Source: Actinomycetes bacterium (GTDB lineage Bacteria; Actinomycetota; Acidimicrobiia; Acidimicrobiales; Bog-793). Taken from it: a stretch of DNA of 64,000 nucleotides. A model generated the notes under the pieces. It made no database searches. It was not told the origin of the DNA and saw nothing but the letters and a program-made list of their open reading frames with translations. The translations under genes and the position numbers were made by a program. Positions 29,283-39,586 of the stretch are shown piece by piece; the stretch's first letter is position 1; every line of letters starts with the position of its first letter. The stretch lies in assembly GCA_021829645.1 (NCBI GenBank), contig JAKBPI010000002.1, forward strand, positions 83,568 to 147,567, read 5' to 3'.

Positions 29283-29963
29283 TTGACAAGAGTGAATACT
29301 TCGGTAAAAAAAGAAACAACGCCACCGGCCGTAAAGCCACTGTTGCGGGGTTACCTACACTTAGGCGCCCTTTTTGTGTCACTGGTGGCAGGTCCTATCC
29401 TGATAAGTCATGCAAAAAATTCCAAAGAATATTTTGCTCTGTCGGTCTACGCTGCATCACTGGTATTTCTTTTTGGCGTCAGCTCCCTTTATCACAGAGG
29501 GAACTGGTCTTATGGGGCCAGGAGGATATTCAAGCGTCTTGATCACGCCACGATCTTTTTTGCCATTGCCGGAAATTATACGGCGGTAGCCCTCTTGGTT
29601 CTTAGGGGCTGGTCAGAAACTTTTGTACTGGTTTTGGTATGGGTGGGTTCGGTGACCGGTGTGGTTATCAGAGAAATATTTTTGGACTTGCCCAAATCTC
29701 TGACGGCAATTCCTTATGTGGTCGTGGGTTGGGCAGCGCTCTTTGTATTGCCGCAGTTTTGGCGGGGTCTGAGCGGACCCGGTTTTGTGTTGACTGTAAT
29801 TGGCGGGTTAGCTTACACCGCCGGTGCCATAGTATACGGACTAAAGAAACCCAACCTCAACCCCAAAGTATTTGGTTATCATGAATTGTTTCATGCCTTT
29901 ACGATCATCGGAGCGGGGTGCCAATTCGCATCTATAGCCGCTTTTGCACTCCCTAGATCGTAA
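29283..29963 (+). CDS. Hemolysin III / PAQR family membrane protein
   Basis: Seven hydrophobic segments with the LDHATIFFAIAGNYT and YHELFHAFTIIG motifs. TTG start. Confidence 0.85.
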   Translation: MTRVNTSVKKETTPPAVKPLLRGYLHLGALFVSLVAGPILISHAKNSKEYFALSVYAASLVFLFGVSSLYHRGNWSYGARRIFKRLDHATIFFAIAGNYTAVALLVLRGWSETFVLVLVWVGSVTGVVIREIFLDLPKSLTAIPYVVVGWAALFVLPQFWRGLSGPGFVLTVIGGLAYTAGAIVYGLKKPNLNPKVFGYHELFHAFTIIGAGCQFASIAAFALPRS

Positions 29964-30014
29964 TAAAAATGCCATATACTATTTTTTGACGGCAGTTTCA
30001 ACTTATCCGTAGTC

Positions 30015-30953
30015 ATGCATGAGGGCATATTTAGTACAATAGTTATTATGCCTATGAAGCCGATTAAATTTGATCTGACAAACGCTCTTAGCGCTTGGGG
30101 GTTTTCGCCTTTTCAGATCGGCGTCATCATTGTGTTGCTGGCACTTGCCGTTTGGTATGCCTACGGTACTTATCTGCTTGCCGTCAGGGGGCGTAAGTGG
30201 TCTAACTGGCGTTTTTTGTCTTTTATCTTAGGTCTGTTTTTGATAGACATAGCCCTGCAGTCCCCGCTCGCTGCTTTTACCGCATCTTATTTTCAGGCTC
30301 ACGCCCTTCAGCACTTGGTTTTGATGGCGGGTGCACCTCCCTTGCTTGCCCTTGGGGCACCCTCTACTCTCTTGTTGCAGACGGCAAGCAGAAAAAACAA
30401 AACGCTTTGGCTCAAGTTTTTACATTCAAAACCTTTTTCTTTTATTTCCCATCCGATCCTAGTGTGGTTTTTGTATTACGGAGCGATGTTTGCGTTTTTC
30501 TTGACTCCGGCGATAGGCTTTGCTATGGAACATATGGCTCTCATGGACGTGATCAACGTGGGATTTCTTCTGGGAGCAACCCTCTTTTGGTGGCCGATTA
30601 TCGCCGTTGATCCGATACCAAAATGGCAAATGGATTACGGGGCGAAGTTGATTAATCTATTGTTGGGTGTTCCCGTGGAGGCATTTTTAGGTATTACCAT
30701 CATGATGAACCACTCCACGGTAGCCCCTATGTATAGCCTGTCCAGTACACATGCCGGCGGAGGTATTTTGTGGTCCGCATCGGAACTCTTTTCAGTGGTG
30801 GCCATAGTACCAATTTTCTTCCAATGGATGCACTCGGAAGACAGGAAAGCTGCCCGCTACGACAGAACAATAGATTTAGGTGTGTTCGATCCGGAAGCTG
30901 AAGCACAAGCTGCAATAGTGGCGGTCATAGCGGCTCCGCCGACTGGAAAATAG
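30015..30953 (+). CDS. Cytochrome c oxidase assembly factor CtaG-like membrane protein
   Basis: Polytopic membrane protein with HALQHLVLMAGAPPLLALGAP, typical of the caa3-type CtaG family. The start codon is uncertain. Confidence 0.65.
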   Translation: MHEGIFSTIVIMPMKPIKFDLTNALSAWGFSPFQIGVIIVLLALAVWYAYGTYLLAVRGRKWSNWRFLSFILGLFLIDIALQSPLAAFTASYFQAHALQHLVLMAGAPPLLALGAPSTLLLQTASRKNKTLWLKFLHSKPFSFISHPILVWFLYYGAMFAFFLTPAIGFAMEHMALMDVINVGFLLGATLFWWPIIAVDPIPKWQMDYGAKLINLLLGVPVEAFLGITIMMNHSTVAPMYSLSSTHAGGGILWSASELFSVVAIVPIFFQWMHSEDRKAARYDRTIDLGVFDPEAEAQAAIVAVIAAPPTGK

Positions 30954-31151
30954 ACAGAAGAATAATTCTGCTGTCAAGCATCAGTGTCTTAGGCACCTTT
31001 TTCATATAGATCGATATATTGTAGAAAGTAATCACGCAATATTATTGATTCCTATCAGAACACTACAAAATACTAAAGTGCACTTTAAATATTTTTACAA
31101 ACATCGCCCTATCACGTCATATATGGGGTAGTTTCAGCTACCCTTGTTTAT

Positions 31152-33005
31152 ATGTGCGGCATTATAGGGATAACCGGTTCAGACGACACCGTAGCGGCTT
31201 TATTGGACGGTCTGGCTTTGCTGGAATACAGAGGCTACGATTCGGCAGGTATAGCTATTGTGGAGCCGTCCAATACAATCTTTAGAATGAGGGCTGCCGA
31301 ACAAGGCGGGTCTTTGTATCATCTTGCCAACGGCTTATCGAAAGAAAAAGCCGGAAGCCTCAACCATACGGCAGGGATAGGTCATACCAGGTGGGCAACA
31401 CACGGAGCACCTACGGTTACAAATGCTCACCCTCACGTGGACTGCACTTCTGCTTTGGCAGTTGTGCACAACGGCATTATCGAAAATCACAACCGCTTAG
31501 CCCAAGAGCTCAAATCAAGAGGTCATACTTTTAGCTCGGAAACCGATACCGAGGTCATAGCGCATTTAGCAGAAGAACAAATTGCCGGAGGCAAAAGCGT
31601 AAAAGACGCAGTCATTGCCCTATTGACGATACTGAGAGGAGCCTTTGCCCTTGCTTTGGTGCACAGGGACTCTCCCGATACTATCTATGCGGCAAGGAGA
31701 ACCTCTCCTCTCATTATTGGGTCTGAGTCCGGGGTAGGTCTGCTGGCTTCTGATGTGGCGGCCATGATCGACAAAACCAGAAACTTATTTGAGCTCGGAG
31801 ATGATCAGGTAGCTGAAATCCGCCCCGAGGAATTCAAGGTTTACGATCACCTCGGAGTGGAGATGCAGCCAAAACCAATACGTGTCGGCTGGTCCACAGA
31901 AGCCGCCCGCAAAGGCGGATTTCCCGACTATATGTCCAAAGAAATTCACGAACAGCCGACAGCTCTTTCCGAAACCATATTGGGTAGACTCGAAGCGTCC
32001 GGTGCAACTTACTTGGAAGAATTAGAGATAGAAGACAGTCGCTTGGCAGCTATTGAGAGAGTGTTGCTGGTTGCCTGCGGATCCAGCTATCATGCGGCTT
32101 TGGCTGGCAGGCATGCCATAGAAGCTTGGGCTAAGATACCGGCTGAAGTGGATATAGCGAGCGAAATGCGTTATAGGGCAATGCAAATTCCCGCCAATAC
32201 TTTGGTGGTGGCTATCAGTCAGTCCGGCGAGACAACAGATACCTACCATGCCATGCGACAGGCTCGTTCTCAAGGGGTTATAACTTTGGCCGTCACTAAC
32301 GTAGTCGGTTCTTTGATGACCAGAGAAGCCGACGGGGTGTTGTATACCAGGGCCGGTCCGGAGATCGGTGTGGCCTCCACCAAATGTCACATAGCACAAT
32401 TGGCTCTTTTGCAGTGTCTTGCTCTCCGCCTGGCTGATCTGAAAGGGACGCTGTCCGATGCGGAGAAGTCGGCGGTTGCCACGGAAATATTGGCCCTGCC
32501 GGCCCTCGTTGAGCAGACTTTGGCATCGCATGAGCAGTTTCGCAAAGTTGCCGAACGCTATGCCGAATCCAGAGATTTTTATTATCTGGGAAGAAGGCTC
32601 GGCTTTCCCGTGGCCTTGGAAGGTGCTTTAAAACTAAAGGAACTGGCCTATGTGCGTGCCGAAGCCTACCCGGCGGGAGAGATGAAGCACGGACCTATTT
32701 CTTTAATAGAGCCGGGTTCTGTCGTCGTCGTGGTGGCAAAGCGTTCTTCGCTTTGGGAAAAAATTATGGCCAACGTGGAGGAAATGAGGGCAAGGGGCGC
32801 TACGGTGATCGCTGTTTCCGATGAGGGAGACGAAGAGACCGCATCTTTGGTGGATGACGTCTTAGAAACTCCTCCCGTGACGGAAGTATGCTCGCCGGTC
32901 ATAGGTGTCTTACCCCTACAGGTGTTCGCCTATACGGTTGCCAAAGCCAAAGGTCATGACGTGGACCGTCCGCGTAACTTGGCCAAAGTGGTGACCGTAG
33001 AGTAA
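31152..33005 (+). CDS. glmS: Glutamine--fructose-6-phosphate aminotransferase
   Basis: MCGIIG N-terminal nucleophile, SIS-domain SQSGETTDT, C-terminal ...NLAKVVTVE. 617 aa. Confidence 0.95.
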   Translation: MCGIIGITGSDDTVAALLDGLALLEYRGYDSAGIAIVEPSNTIFRMRAAEQGGSLYHLANGLSKEKAGSLNHTAGIGHTRWATHGAPTVTNAHPHVDCTSALAVVHNGIIENHNRLAQELKSRGHTFSSETDTEVIAHLAEEQIAGGKSVKDAVIALLTILRGAFALALVHRDSPDTIYAARRTSPLIIGSESGVGLLASDVAAMIDKTRNLFELGDDQVAEIRPEEFKVYDHLGVEMQPKPIRVGWSTEAARKGGFPDYMSKEIHEQPTALSETILGRLEASGATYLEELEIEDSRLAAIERVLLVACGSSYHAALAGRHAIEAWAKIPAEVDIASEMRYRAMQIPANTLVVAISQSGETTDTYHAMRQARSQGVITLAVTNVVGSLMTREADGVLYTRAGPEIGVASTKCHIAQLALLQCLALRLADLKGTLSDAEKSAVATEILALPALVEQTLASHEQFRKVAERYAESRDFYYLGRRLGFPVALEGALKLKELAYVRAEAYPAGEMKHGPISLIEPGSVVVVVAKRSSLWEKIMANVEEMRARGATVIAVSDEGDEETASLVDDVLETPPVTEVCSPVIGVLPLQVFAYTVAKAKGHDVDRPRNLAKVVTVE

Positions 33006-33059
33006 TCGATATCGGGTTGAGTGGGCAATTTTTGAATTTTCTGTTGATTTTTGGAGAGG

Positions 33060-33431
33060 ATGCAGTTGTTTGGAGTGGGGATAGACGTTGTCGATTTACA
33101 GCGCTTTCGAGAAATTCTAATCAGGCGTCCCAAGATAGCGAAAAAAATATTTTCAGAAAAAGAACTGGAAGACATGGACTCCAGATCCGACCCCGTGCCT
33201 GGATTGGCGGGAAGATTTTGTGCCAAAGAGGCCTTTTTGAAAGCCATGGGTAAAGGTCTTTTTGTCTGTGATCTGCGAGAAATAGAAGTACATAAAACAA
33301 CTTCTGGGGCACCCAAGCTGCACCTTAGAGCCAAAGCGGCTGTACTGGCTAACGAACTGGGTGCCGAGAGGTTTGATATTTCTATTTCCCACAGTGATCT
33401 GGTCGCGACAGCCGTGGTGATAATAAGCTAA
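33060..33431 (+). CDS. acpS: Holo-[acyl-carrier-protein] synthase
   Basis: MQLFGVGIDVVDLQRF N-terminus. ATG 33060 is preceded by GGAGAGG. ISISHSDLVATAVV at the C-terminus. Confidence 0.85.
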   Translation: MQLFGVGIDVVDLQRFREILIRRPKIAKKIFSEKELEDMDSRSDPVPGLAGRFCAKEAFLKAMGKGLFVCDLREIEVHKTTSGAPKLHLRAKAAVLANELGAERFDISISHSDLVATAVVIIS

Positions 33432-33478
33432 AACTTAATCGCATCCCTTCTTTTCTTAGAGTGTTTTATTAGGCTAAT

Positions 33479-34906
33479 TTGTTATATGTGAAGCCAGTTT
33501 TTACTCCGGAAGAAATGAAGCAGATAGATGCAGAAGCACACGCCAAAGCGGGTATCGATACTCTCATAGAGCGGGCCGGATTTGCTCTAGCCAGACGGGC
33601 GCTTTTTCTTTTAGGCGGCACTTACGGAAAGCGGGTCATCGTATTTGCCGGGAACGGCAATAATGGTCAAGACGGCAGGGTGGCCGGTAGGATTCTGGGA
33701 CAACGGGGTGTCAGGGTAGCGACGGTAGAGGTGAGCCAGGCTCCGGAAAGTCTGCCGGAATGCGATCTGGTCATAGACGCCGCTTTTGGTACCGGTTTTC
33801 ACGGTAGATTTCATGCCCCACGACTTACCCCGGGCACTAAAGTACTGGCAGCGGATCTGCCGTCTGGTTTGGACGGCAATACGGGTATTGCCAACGGATA
33901 CATTTTGACAGCTGATACTACCGTCACCTTCGGTGCTTATAAGCCGGGCTTATTGCTGAACGACGGTTTGCTCAATTCCGGAGACATAGAACTTGCTCCC
34001 ATAGGTTTGGAAGAGGTCGCTCCGGATGCCTGGCAGCCCACCATTCACCTCGTGGAGGACAGTGACGTCTGTACTTTACTTGCCGATCGACCGCGAAACG
34101 GTCATAAGTGGAATGCTCCGCTTTATGTGCTAGCCGGTTCCAGACAGATGCCGGGAGCGGCATCTTTTGTGGCAGAGGGTGCTTATAGAGCAGGAGCCGG
34201 GATGGTCAGACTTGCCATACCCGGTTTTGAGGGCACTCCGACGGCTAGTTTAGAAGCCGTTTACCGAGAGATTCCTGCTCTAAATTTCGCCGATAGAGTT
34301 TTGGAAGACATCGGCAGGAGCAAAGCCATGGTGATCGGACCCGGTCTGGGTGTAAATACCGAGCAGGACTATCAGATCAAGCGGCTGATTGCAAGTGCGG
34401 CGATACCAATTGTGATTGACGCGGATGCTGTCGCCGCCTTGGGGACAGTCGAAGAGGCGGAGAGAATTTTGGCCGGTCGAAGGGCGCATGCGGTCATTAC
34501 TCCGCATGACGGCGAATATACCCGACTCGTGGGATCCCGTCCCGGCGCCGATAGGATAGCGGCGGCTGCCAACCTGGCCAAAAAACTCAGGGTAACAGTG
34601 CTCCTGAAAGGACCGACAACTGTAGTGGCTGATCACAGTGGTAAAGTACTGATAGTAGCTTCCGGATCTCAAAATCTTTCCACAGCCGGAACCGGTGATG
34701 TCTTAGCCGGTGTGACAGGAGCTTTTCTGGCCCGCGGGCTCACCCCGTTTTTTGCCGCAGCTTTGGCTGCCCACGTGCATGGCAAGGCGAGTAGGTTGGG
34801 TTGGCGAGATGCCATGACGGCTTCCGAGCTACCGGTTTTGGTGGCAAAAGTTTTGCATGAAATAAAAGGAGAGCGCAGTTATCCCAGGTATTTTTCCCAC
34901 GAGTAA
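33479..34906 (+). CDS. nnr: Bifunctional NAD(P)H-hydrate repair enzyme (epimerase / ADP-dependent dehydratase)
   Basis: GNGNNGQDG (YjeF N-terminal domain) and GTGDVLAG (carbohydrate-kinase domain). TTG start. Confidence 0.85.
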   Translation: MLYVKPVFTPEEMKQIDAEAHAKAGIDTLIERAGFALARRALFLLGGTYGKRVIVFAGNGNNGQDGRVAGRILGQRGVRVATVEVSQAPESLPECDLVIDAAFGTGFHGRFHAPRLTPGTKVLAADLPSGLDGNTGIANGYILTADTTVTFGAYKPGLLLNDGLLNSGDIELAPIGLEEVAPDAWQPTIHLVEDSDVCTLLADRPRNGHKWNAPLYVLAGSRQMPGAASFVAEGAYRAGAGMVRLAIPGFEGTPTASLEAVYREIPALNFADRVLEDIGRSKAMVIGPGLGVNTEQDYQIKRLIASAAIPIVIDADAVAALGTVEEAERILAGRRAHAVITPHDGEYTRLVGSRPGADRIAAAANLAKKLRVTVLLKGPTTVVADHSGKVLIVASGSQNLSTAGTGDVLAGVTGAFLARGLTPFFAAALAAHVHGKASRLGWRDAMTASELPVLVAKVLHEIKGERSYPRYFSHE

Positions 34907-34915
34907 GGCGTTTAC

Positions 34916-36121
34916 GTGAATAATATTTTCAGAAACAATTGGCTAGAAGTTGATCTAGATGTCTACGCACAAAACGTCAGGGCCCTGAAGTCTCTCATTG
35001 GCAATTCCCGGCTGTGTGCCGTGGTGAAAGCCGACGCTTACGGACACGGGGCCGTAGAGATTTCTGCAGTTGCTTTAAAAAACGGTGCAGATATGTTAGC
35101 GGTCGCTTTGGTTGAGGAAGGAATAGTCCTTCGGGAAAATGGTATTATGGCTCCCATACTGTTGCTTTCAGAGCCGGAGCGCGAAGGTATCAGAGAAGCC
35201 GTCAACCACAATCTCATCCTTACTCTATATACGGGAAACGGGGTCAAAGCAACTGCTGAGGCCTACCGGGCTTTTGCGGATACAAAAAAGCCCTGTGGTA
35301 CGGTCGATACGGCTTTAGGGGTCCATGTCAAAATCGACACGGGAATGCATCGCGTGGGAGTGTCGGAAAGAGGCCTCCCCGATCTTTTGGATGTCATCTC
35401 TTCTTCTGGGGTATTGAAACTCGTCGGCTTTTGGAGCCATCTGGCCGTGGCTGACGATCTTGATAACCCCTTTACGGAGTTACAGCTAAAAAGATTCTAT
35501 GAAGCATACGAACGAATTGTATTGCGACATGAGATAAAGGCTAAGCCGGGGGAAAAGGTTTTGTTACACATTGCCAATTCGGCGGGGGCGATTTATCATA
35601 AGGATACCAGACTGGATATGGTGCGTTCCGGTATAGCTCTTTATGGCTATCTCCCCTCGCCATCCTGTCAACCGGAGTCGAAATCAGAGCAGGACATCCT
35701 CTCTTTGATAAAGCCCGTTCTGTCTTGGAAAACAAAAGTGCATCTAACCAGGGTTGTCAAAAAAGGAGACGCCCTCAGTTATGGTTTGCTACGCCCGTTG
35801 GAAGAGGATTCTCTGGTGGCTGTGATACCGGCCGGGTATCATGACGGGATATCCAGAGCCCTTTTTCGGGTTGGTTGCGACGTTTTGATAGGGGGTAAGA
35901 GAAGGCCTATAGCGGGTCAAGTGACCATGGACCAGATCATCGTCGACTGCGGGCGGGACGGCGATGTAATGCCGGGAGATGAAGCCGTGATCCTTGGTAA
36001 GCAGGGCAATGAAGAGATAACGGCACAGGAATGGGCCGAGAAGTTGGATACAATTTCCTATGAAATTGTCTGTGGGATAGGACCGAGAGTGCCGAGGCTG
36101 TATTTGCAGGGAAGTAGGTAA
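34916..36121 (+). CDS. alr: Alanine racemase
   Basis: PLP-lysine motif AVVKADAYGHG. C-terminal region MDQIIVDC... and ISYEIVCGI. GTG start. Confidence 0.9.
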   Translation: MNNIFRNNWLEVDLDVYAQNVRALKSLIGNSRLCAVVKADAYGHGAVEISAVALKNGADMLAVALVEEGIVLRENGIMAPILLLSEPEREGIREAVNHNLILTLYTGNGVKATAEAYRAFADTKKPCGTVDTALGVHVKIDTGMHRVGVSERGLPDLLDVISSSGVLKLVGFWSHLAVADDLDNPFTELQLKRFYEAYERIVLRHEIKAKPGEKVLLHIANSAGAIYHKDTRLDMVRSGIALYGYLPSPSCQPESKSEQDILSLIKPVLSWKTKVHLTRVVKKGDALSYGLLRPLEEDSLVAVIPAGYHDGISRALFRVGCDVLIGGKRRPIAGQVTMDQIIVDCGRDGDVMPGDEAVILGKQGNEEITAQEWAEKLDTISYEIVCGIGPRVPRLYLQGSR

Positions 36122-36208
36122 AGGTCATGTGTGAGCCTTTTGGAGACTGCGTAGTCTGTCTCTGCCAAAAGAAAAGTTTTCTTCCTCCCGCGTCTCCGGG
36201 AAACATCT

Positions 36209-36787
36209 ATGGATAAGCTGAGTTCGGAACTGACATTGTTGTCGGAGCAGGCCTCTTCCTGTACGGCATGTCGGCTTGCTCCTACCAGAAAAAACGTTGT
36301 TTTCGGAGACGGAAACTGTCTTTCCGATCTGATGGTGATAGGCGAAGCTCCGGGCAGGGAAGAAGATATTCAAGGTCTTCCTTTTGTGGGCAGATCCGGA
36401 AAGTTGTTGGGCAGGCTTTTGCTGGAAGAGATGGGGATAACGAGAAAAGATTACTATATAGCTAACATAATCAAATGTCGTCCTCCGGAAAACAGAAACC
36501 CACTTCCGGATGAAGTGGCAGTGTGTCGCCAGTTTATAGAGGGACAAATAAGCCTGATACAACCAAAAGCGATCCTCACTTTGGGCAATTTCGCCTCTCA
36601 GGCAGTTTTGGAATCCAAGGAAGGCATTACAAAACTGCGCGAACACGTATTTGATAAAGTTATAGGAAATGTAAGTCTCAAAGTTGTTCCGACTTATCAT
36701 CCTTCCTATGTCTTGAGGGCCGGTGGTATGGCTATGGCCGAAATGAGAGCAGATATAGTAAGGGCAAAAAAATTATTAGGCCAATAA
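36209..36787 (+). CDS. Family 4 uracil-DNA glycosylase
   Basis: CTACRL Fe-S Cys pair, GEAPGREED motif A, YHPSYVLR motif B. Confidence 0.85.
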   Translation: MDKLSSELTLLSEQASSCTACRLAPTRKNVVFGDGNCLSDLMVIGEAPGREEDIQGLPFVGRSGKLLGRLLLEEMGITRKDYYIANIIKCRPPENRNPLPDEVAVCRQFIEGQISLIQPKAILTLGNFASQAVLESKEGITKLREHVFDKVIGNVSLKVVPTYHPSYVLRAGGMAMAEMRADIVRAKKLLGQ

Positions 36788-36817
36788 AAACTATCATGAT
36801 GTAAGAAAATATTTGCA

Positions 36818-37414
36818 ATGATGACCATATTTCTTGAAACAGTAATAACCGGAGACGATAAAACAAAAGCTTTTGGTGCCGCTTTTGCCAAATGCGTGGC
36901 ACCACAGGATTTAATTTTACTCGTAGGAGATCTGGGAGCGGGAAAAACCACGTTTGTCTCGGGTGTCGTAAACGCGCTCTGTCCGGGGGAAGAAGCCACG
37001 AGCCCTACCTTTACATTGGTGCACAGATATCGAGGTATAGAATTTGATGTCATGCATGCCGACCTGTGGCGTTTGGATACAGAAAAAGAGATTTTGGACT
37101 TATCCATTTGGGAAGAGTTAGAAGAAGGGGCAGTAGCTTTCGTCGAGTGGGGAGACAAAGCGGGAGAGTTGCTGGGAATACCGGATTATCTGATATCTTT
37201 CAGAGAATACGAACAGACCTCTAGGCTGGTCCGTATTTTTTTCCCAATGAAGAAAGCAACAGAGAAAGATATCGCTTTGTTTTGCGATATGGCAGCCGCT
37301 GAAGCCGGCATAGGCGAGATAATGTTACAGGATAGCTCAGAGAGAGTTTCTTATGTAAAAGCGGTGTTGGAAGCGGGCGGGATCAGTGTTACAGAAAGGC
37401 AAATCGTAAAATAA
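36818..37414 (+). CDS. tsaE: tRNA t6A37 biosynthesis ATPase TsaE, with a C-terminal extension of about 45 aa
   Basis: P-loop GDLGAGKTTFVSGV, SPTFTLVH and WGDKA motifs. Confidence 0.8.
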   Translation: MMTIFLETVITGDDKTKAFGAAFAKCVAPQDLILLVGDLGAGKTTFVSGVVNALCPGEEATSPTFTLVHRYRGIEFDVMHADLWRLDTEKEILDLSIWEELEEGAVAFVEWGDKAGELLGIPDYLISFREYEQTSRLVRIFFPMKKATEKDIALFCDMAAAEAGIGEIMLQDSSERVSYVKAVLEAGGISVTERQIVK

Positions 37415-37450
37415 GTACAATTGATATGTACCTATACGATAGAGAATCCG

Positions 37451-38317
37451 ATGAATAAGCAAAATTCCAATAATGTACTGCTGGCGATAGAAACCGCTAC
37501 TTTTGAAGTAGGGGCTGCTCTTGTTATTGATGGTGAAGTTGTGGGTGAACTATCGCAACCGGCAGAGAATCGCCATGCCGAAGAACTTTTTGTTCTTATC
37601 GAACAACTGCTTATTACAGCCGGTATCCGGCTTGGGGACGTAGGTGCTTTTGCCGTGGACATTGGTCCCGGTCTCTTTACGGGACTTCGAGTCGGAGTCG
37701 CTGCCGCCAATGCTCTGGCCTATGCTTTATCTCGTCCCGTCATTGGTATATCCGGCACCTCTGTTCTTGGAGAAGCACTGCTGGGAAATCTTCCGGATCA
37801 TAACTCCGAGACTCTGGCTGTACCGGTGTTGGACGTAAGGAGGGGAGAGGTAGCTTTTGAACTGAACGGACAGTTTTTATCTGGGCCTCGGCATGCTGTG
37901 CTCGACTCCGCTACTTCAGGCGGGGTAACAGAAGGAACATTAAGCCTTGGGAGTCCAAAGTATTTTTGCCAAACCCTGGTGTCATTTATTGATCAAATTA
38001 CACGCAATAAAACCACAGACTCTGTCTTTCTGGGTGCATCCAAGGCACTTTGTCTGCTGATAGCCGGAAGTGGTGCCTACCGTTATCGTGAAACGCTGGA
38101 AAGTGATTTGAGAGATTTATTGGGTGAATATGAAAACGTTACTTTTTCGTTCGCAAAGGGTTTTGCTACTCCGCCCATATCGGTCTTGGGGGCATTGGCA
38201 TATGACCTTTTTCAAAAAGGCGGATTATCTTCCGAAGGATCTTTACAAAAGCCACTCTATTTGCGTGAAGCAGATGCCAAAGTCGGCGCTTGGAAAAATG
38301 CCAAAATCGGCAAATAG
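37451..38317 (+). CDS. tsaB: tRNA t6A37 biosynthesis protein TsaB
   Basis: LLAIETATFEVGAAL N-terminus and GPGLFTGLRVGVAAANALA motif. The start is ATG 37451 or TTG 37421. Confidence 0.75.
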   Translation: MNKQNSNNVLLAIETATFEVGAALVIDGEVVGELSQPAENRHAEELFVLIEQLLITAGIRLGDVGAFAVDIGPGLFTGLRVGVAAANALAYALSRPVIGISGTSVLGEALLGNLPDHNSETLAVPVLDVRRGEVAFELNGQFLSGPRHAVLDSATSGGVTEGTLSLGSPKYFCQTLVSFIDQITRNKTTDSVFLGASKALCLLIAGSGAYRYRETLESDLRDLLGEYENVTFSFAKGFATPPISVLGALAYDLFQKGGLSSEGSLQKPLYLREADAKVGAWKNAKIGK

Positions 38318-38753
38318 ATTTTGTATATATACATAGTTAGTTTGCAATTTAGATAAATCATTACGTGCAATATTCTAGGTAAAGATATTTTATCTATAAC
38401 TTTGAGTTAAATACTTTTACCATAAGTACCGTTGTCTCACATAAAAAAATAACTCGATAGGAAAAATTCATTTTACTTTATGATCATGGCATGCAGATAA
38501 ACAAATTGCCATTTTATAAACCTCATGATTTTGTAAGTAAAAACCAGTAGGTATGTAAACCGATCGATTCTCTGTTGTGGGTAAAAGCATCATAGAGATA
38601 TGTCAATGATACCAAAGGGGTGCTATGGAGAGTAATATGCGGCTGTTAGGGAATAGCTTACAATTGGACTCGTGTATTTCGAATATATCGCAGATCCTCT
38701 GAATCGTCCAGCAGATCTTGTATTGCTCCATAATGGGAAGTATAATGTGAAGT

Positions 38754-39566
38754 ATGGGATCTACTTCACCGGCCAAAGTGCTAAAAATCAACCTTGATCC
38801 GGTTGCAGAAGTTCATTTAAAGATGCCACCACTTGAGAAAGTGCTTGCTGATGTACGCTTTAGCCAGACACCGGAATTGATTAGCGACGAAGTTGAGCAG
38901 CTAATTTCGTCATATCTCAAAAGATATCCGGTACGTCGGCAAGTCCAGTCTGTGCGGCTTAATGTCAATCCCGTCTCTTCTTCTGTCTCACAAGAATCCG
39001 TTGTTGTCCGAACTTTTTCCGACACGGAGAACTCTTGGGTGATTACACTTTCTGCTTTTTCTGTTGGTATTTCGACAACAAGCTATCATTCCAGGGATGA
39101 TTTTTGTGAACGAGCCTACGAAGTATTTGAAGCCGTAGACCTCGTAGGCAAACCTCCCATTGTCGATCGAGTAGGCATGCGCTATATCAACCGGATTACG
39201 GATCCCTCCCACCTGTCTCGCCTTGATGACTATGTCGAACCGAGGCTGAGAGTTCTTGACGGTATTGTAGATGGAGATACTCCGATAGAATACAGTGTTT
39301 CTAATTCACTTATTCAAATCTCGGATAGCGAACGCATGAAAGTCCAGAGTGGTGTATTGCCGCCATCGGTGACATTTGACCCCGCATTCACACCTGTTGA
39401 TGCTAAATCTTGGATACTTGATTCAGACGTTTTTACTATAGGTGGGCAGATCTTATTTGAGCCGCAAGCGCTTAAAGAGCGTCTTGAGAGGTATTCTACC
39501 CATGCGTATTCTGTATTCCGTTGGGCAACAACAGCTGCTTTGCTCGAGGCTTTTAGTAAAGGGTAA
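38754..39566 (+). CDS. Uncharacterised protein resembling the TIGR04255 family (about 270 aa)
   Basis: N-terminal PPLEKVLADVRFSQTP and central VDRVGMRYINRI match my recollection of the TIGR04255 signature (PL.ev..evrF ... GlRYiN). Size also fits. Not verified by HMM. Confidence 0.55.
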   Translation: MGSTSPAKVLKINLDPVAEVHLKMPPLEKVLADVRFSQTPELISDEVEQLISSYLKRYPVRRQVQSVRLNVNPVSSSVSQESVVVRTFSDTENSWVITLSAFSVGISTTSYHSRDDFCERAYEVFEAVDLVGKPPIVDRVGMRYINRITDPSHLSRLDDYVEPRLRVLDGIVDGDTPIEYSVSNSLIQISDSERMKVQSGVLPPSVTFDPAFTPVDAKSWILDSDVFTIGGQILFEPQALKERLERYSTHAYSVFRWATTAALLEAFSKG

Positions 39567-39586
39567 CCTAGGGGAGAGATGAGACC

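Noticed and set aside
30954-31151. Possible glmS ribozyme in the AT-rich leader of glmS
   Set aside because: I found no conserved glmS-ribozyme core sequences (AGCGCC..., GACGAGGA-type elements). The leader is simply AT-rich.
36125-37158. Long minus-strand ORFs 36125-36700 (191 aa) and 36706-37158 (150 aa)
   Set aside because: They are fully antisense to the well-supported UDG4 and tsaE genes. Their translations are Arg/Phe/Ser-rich with no motifs.
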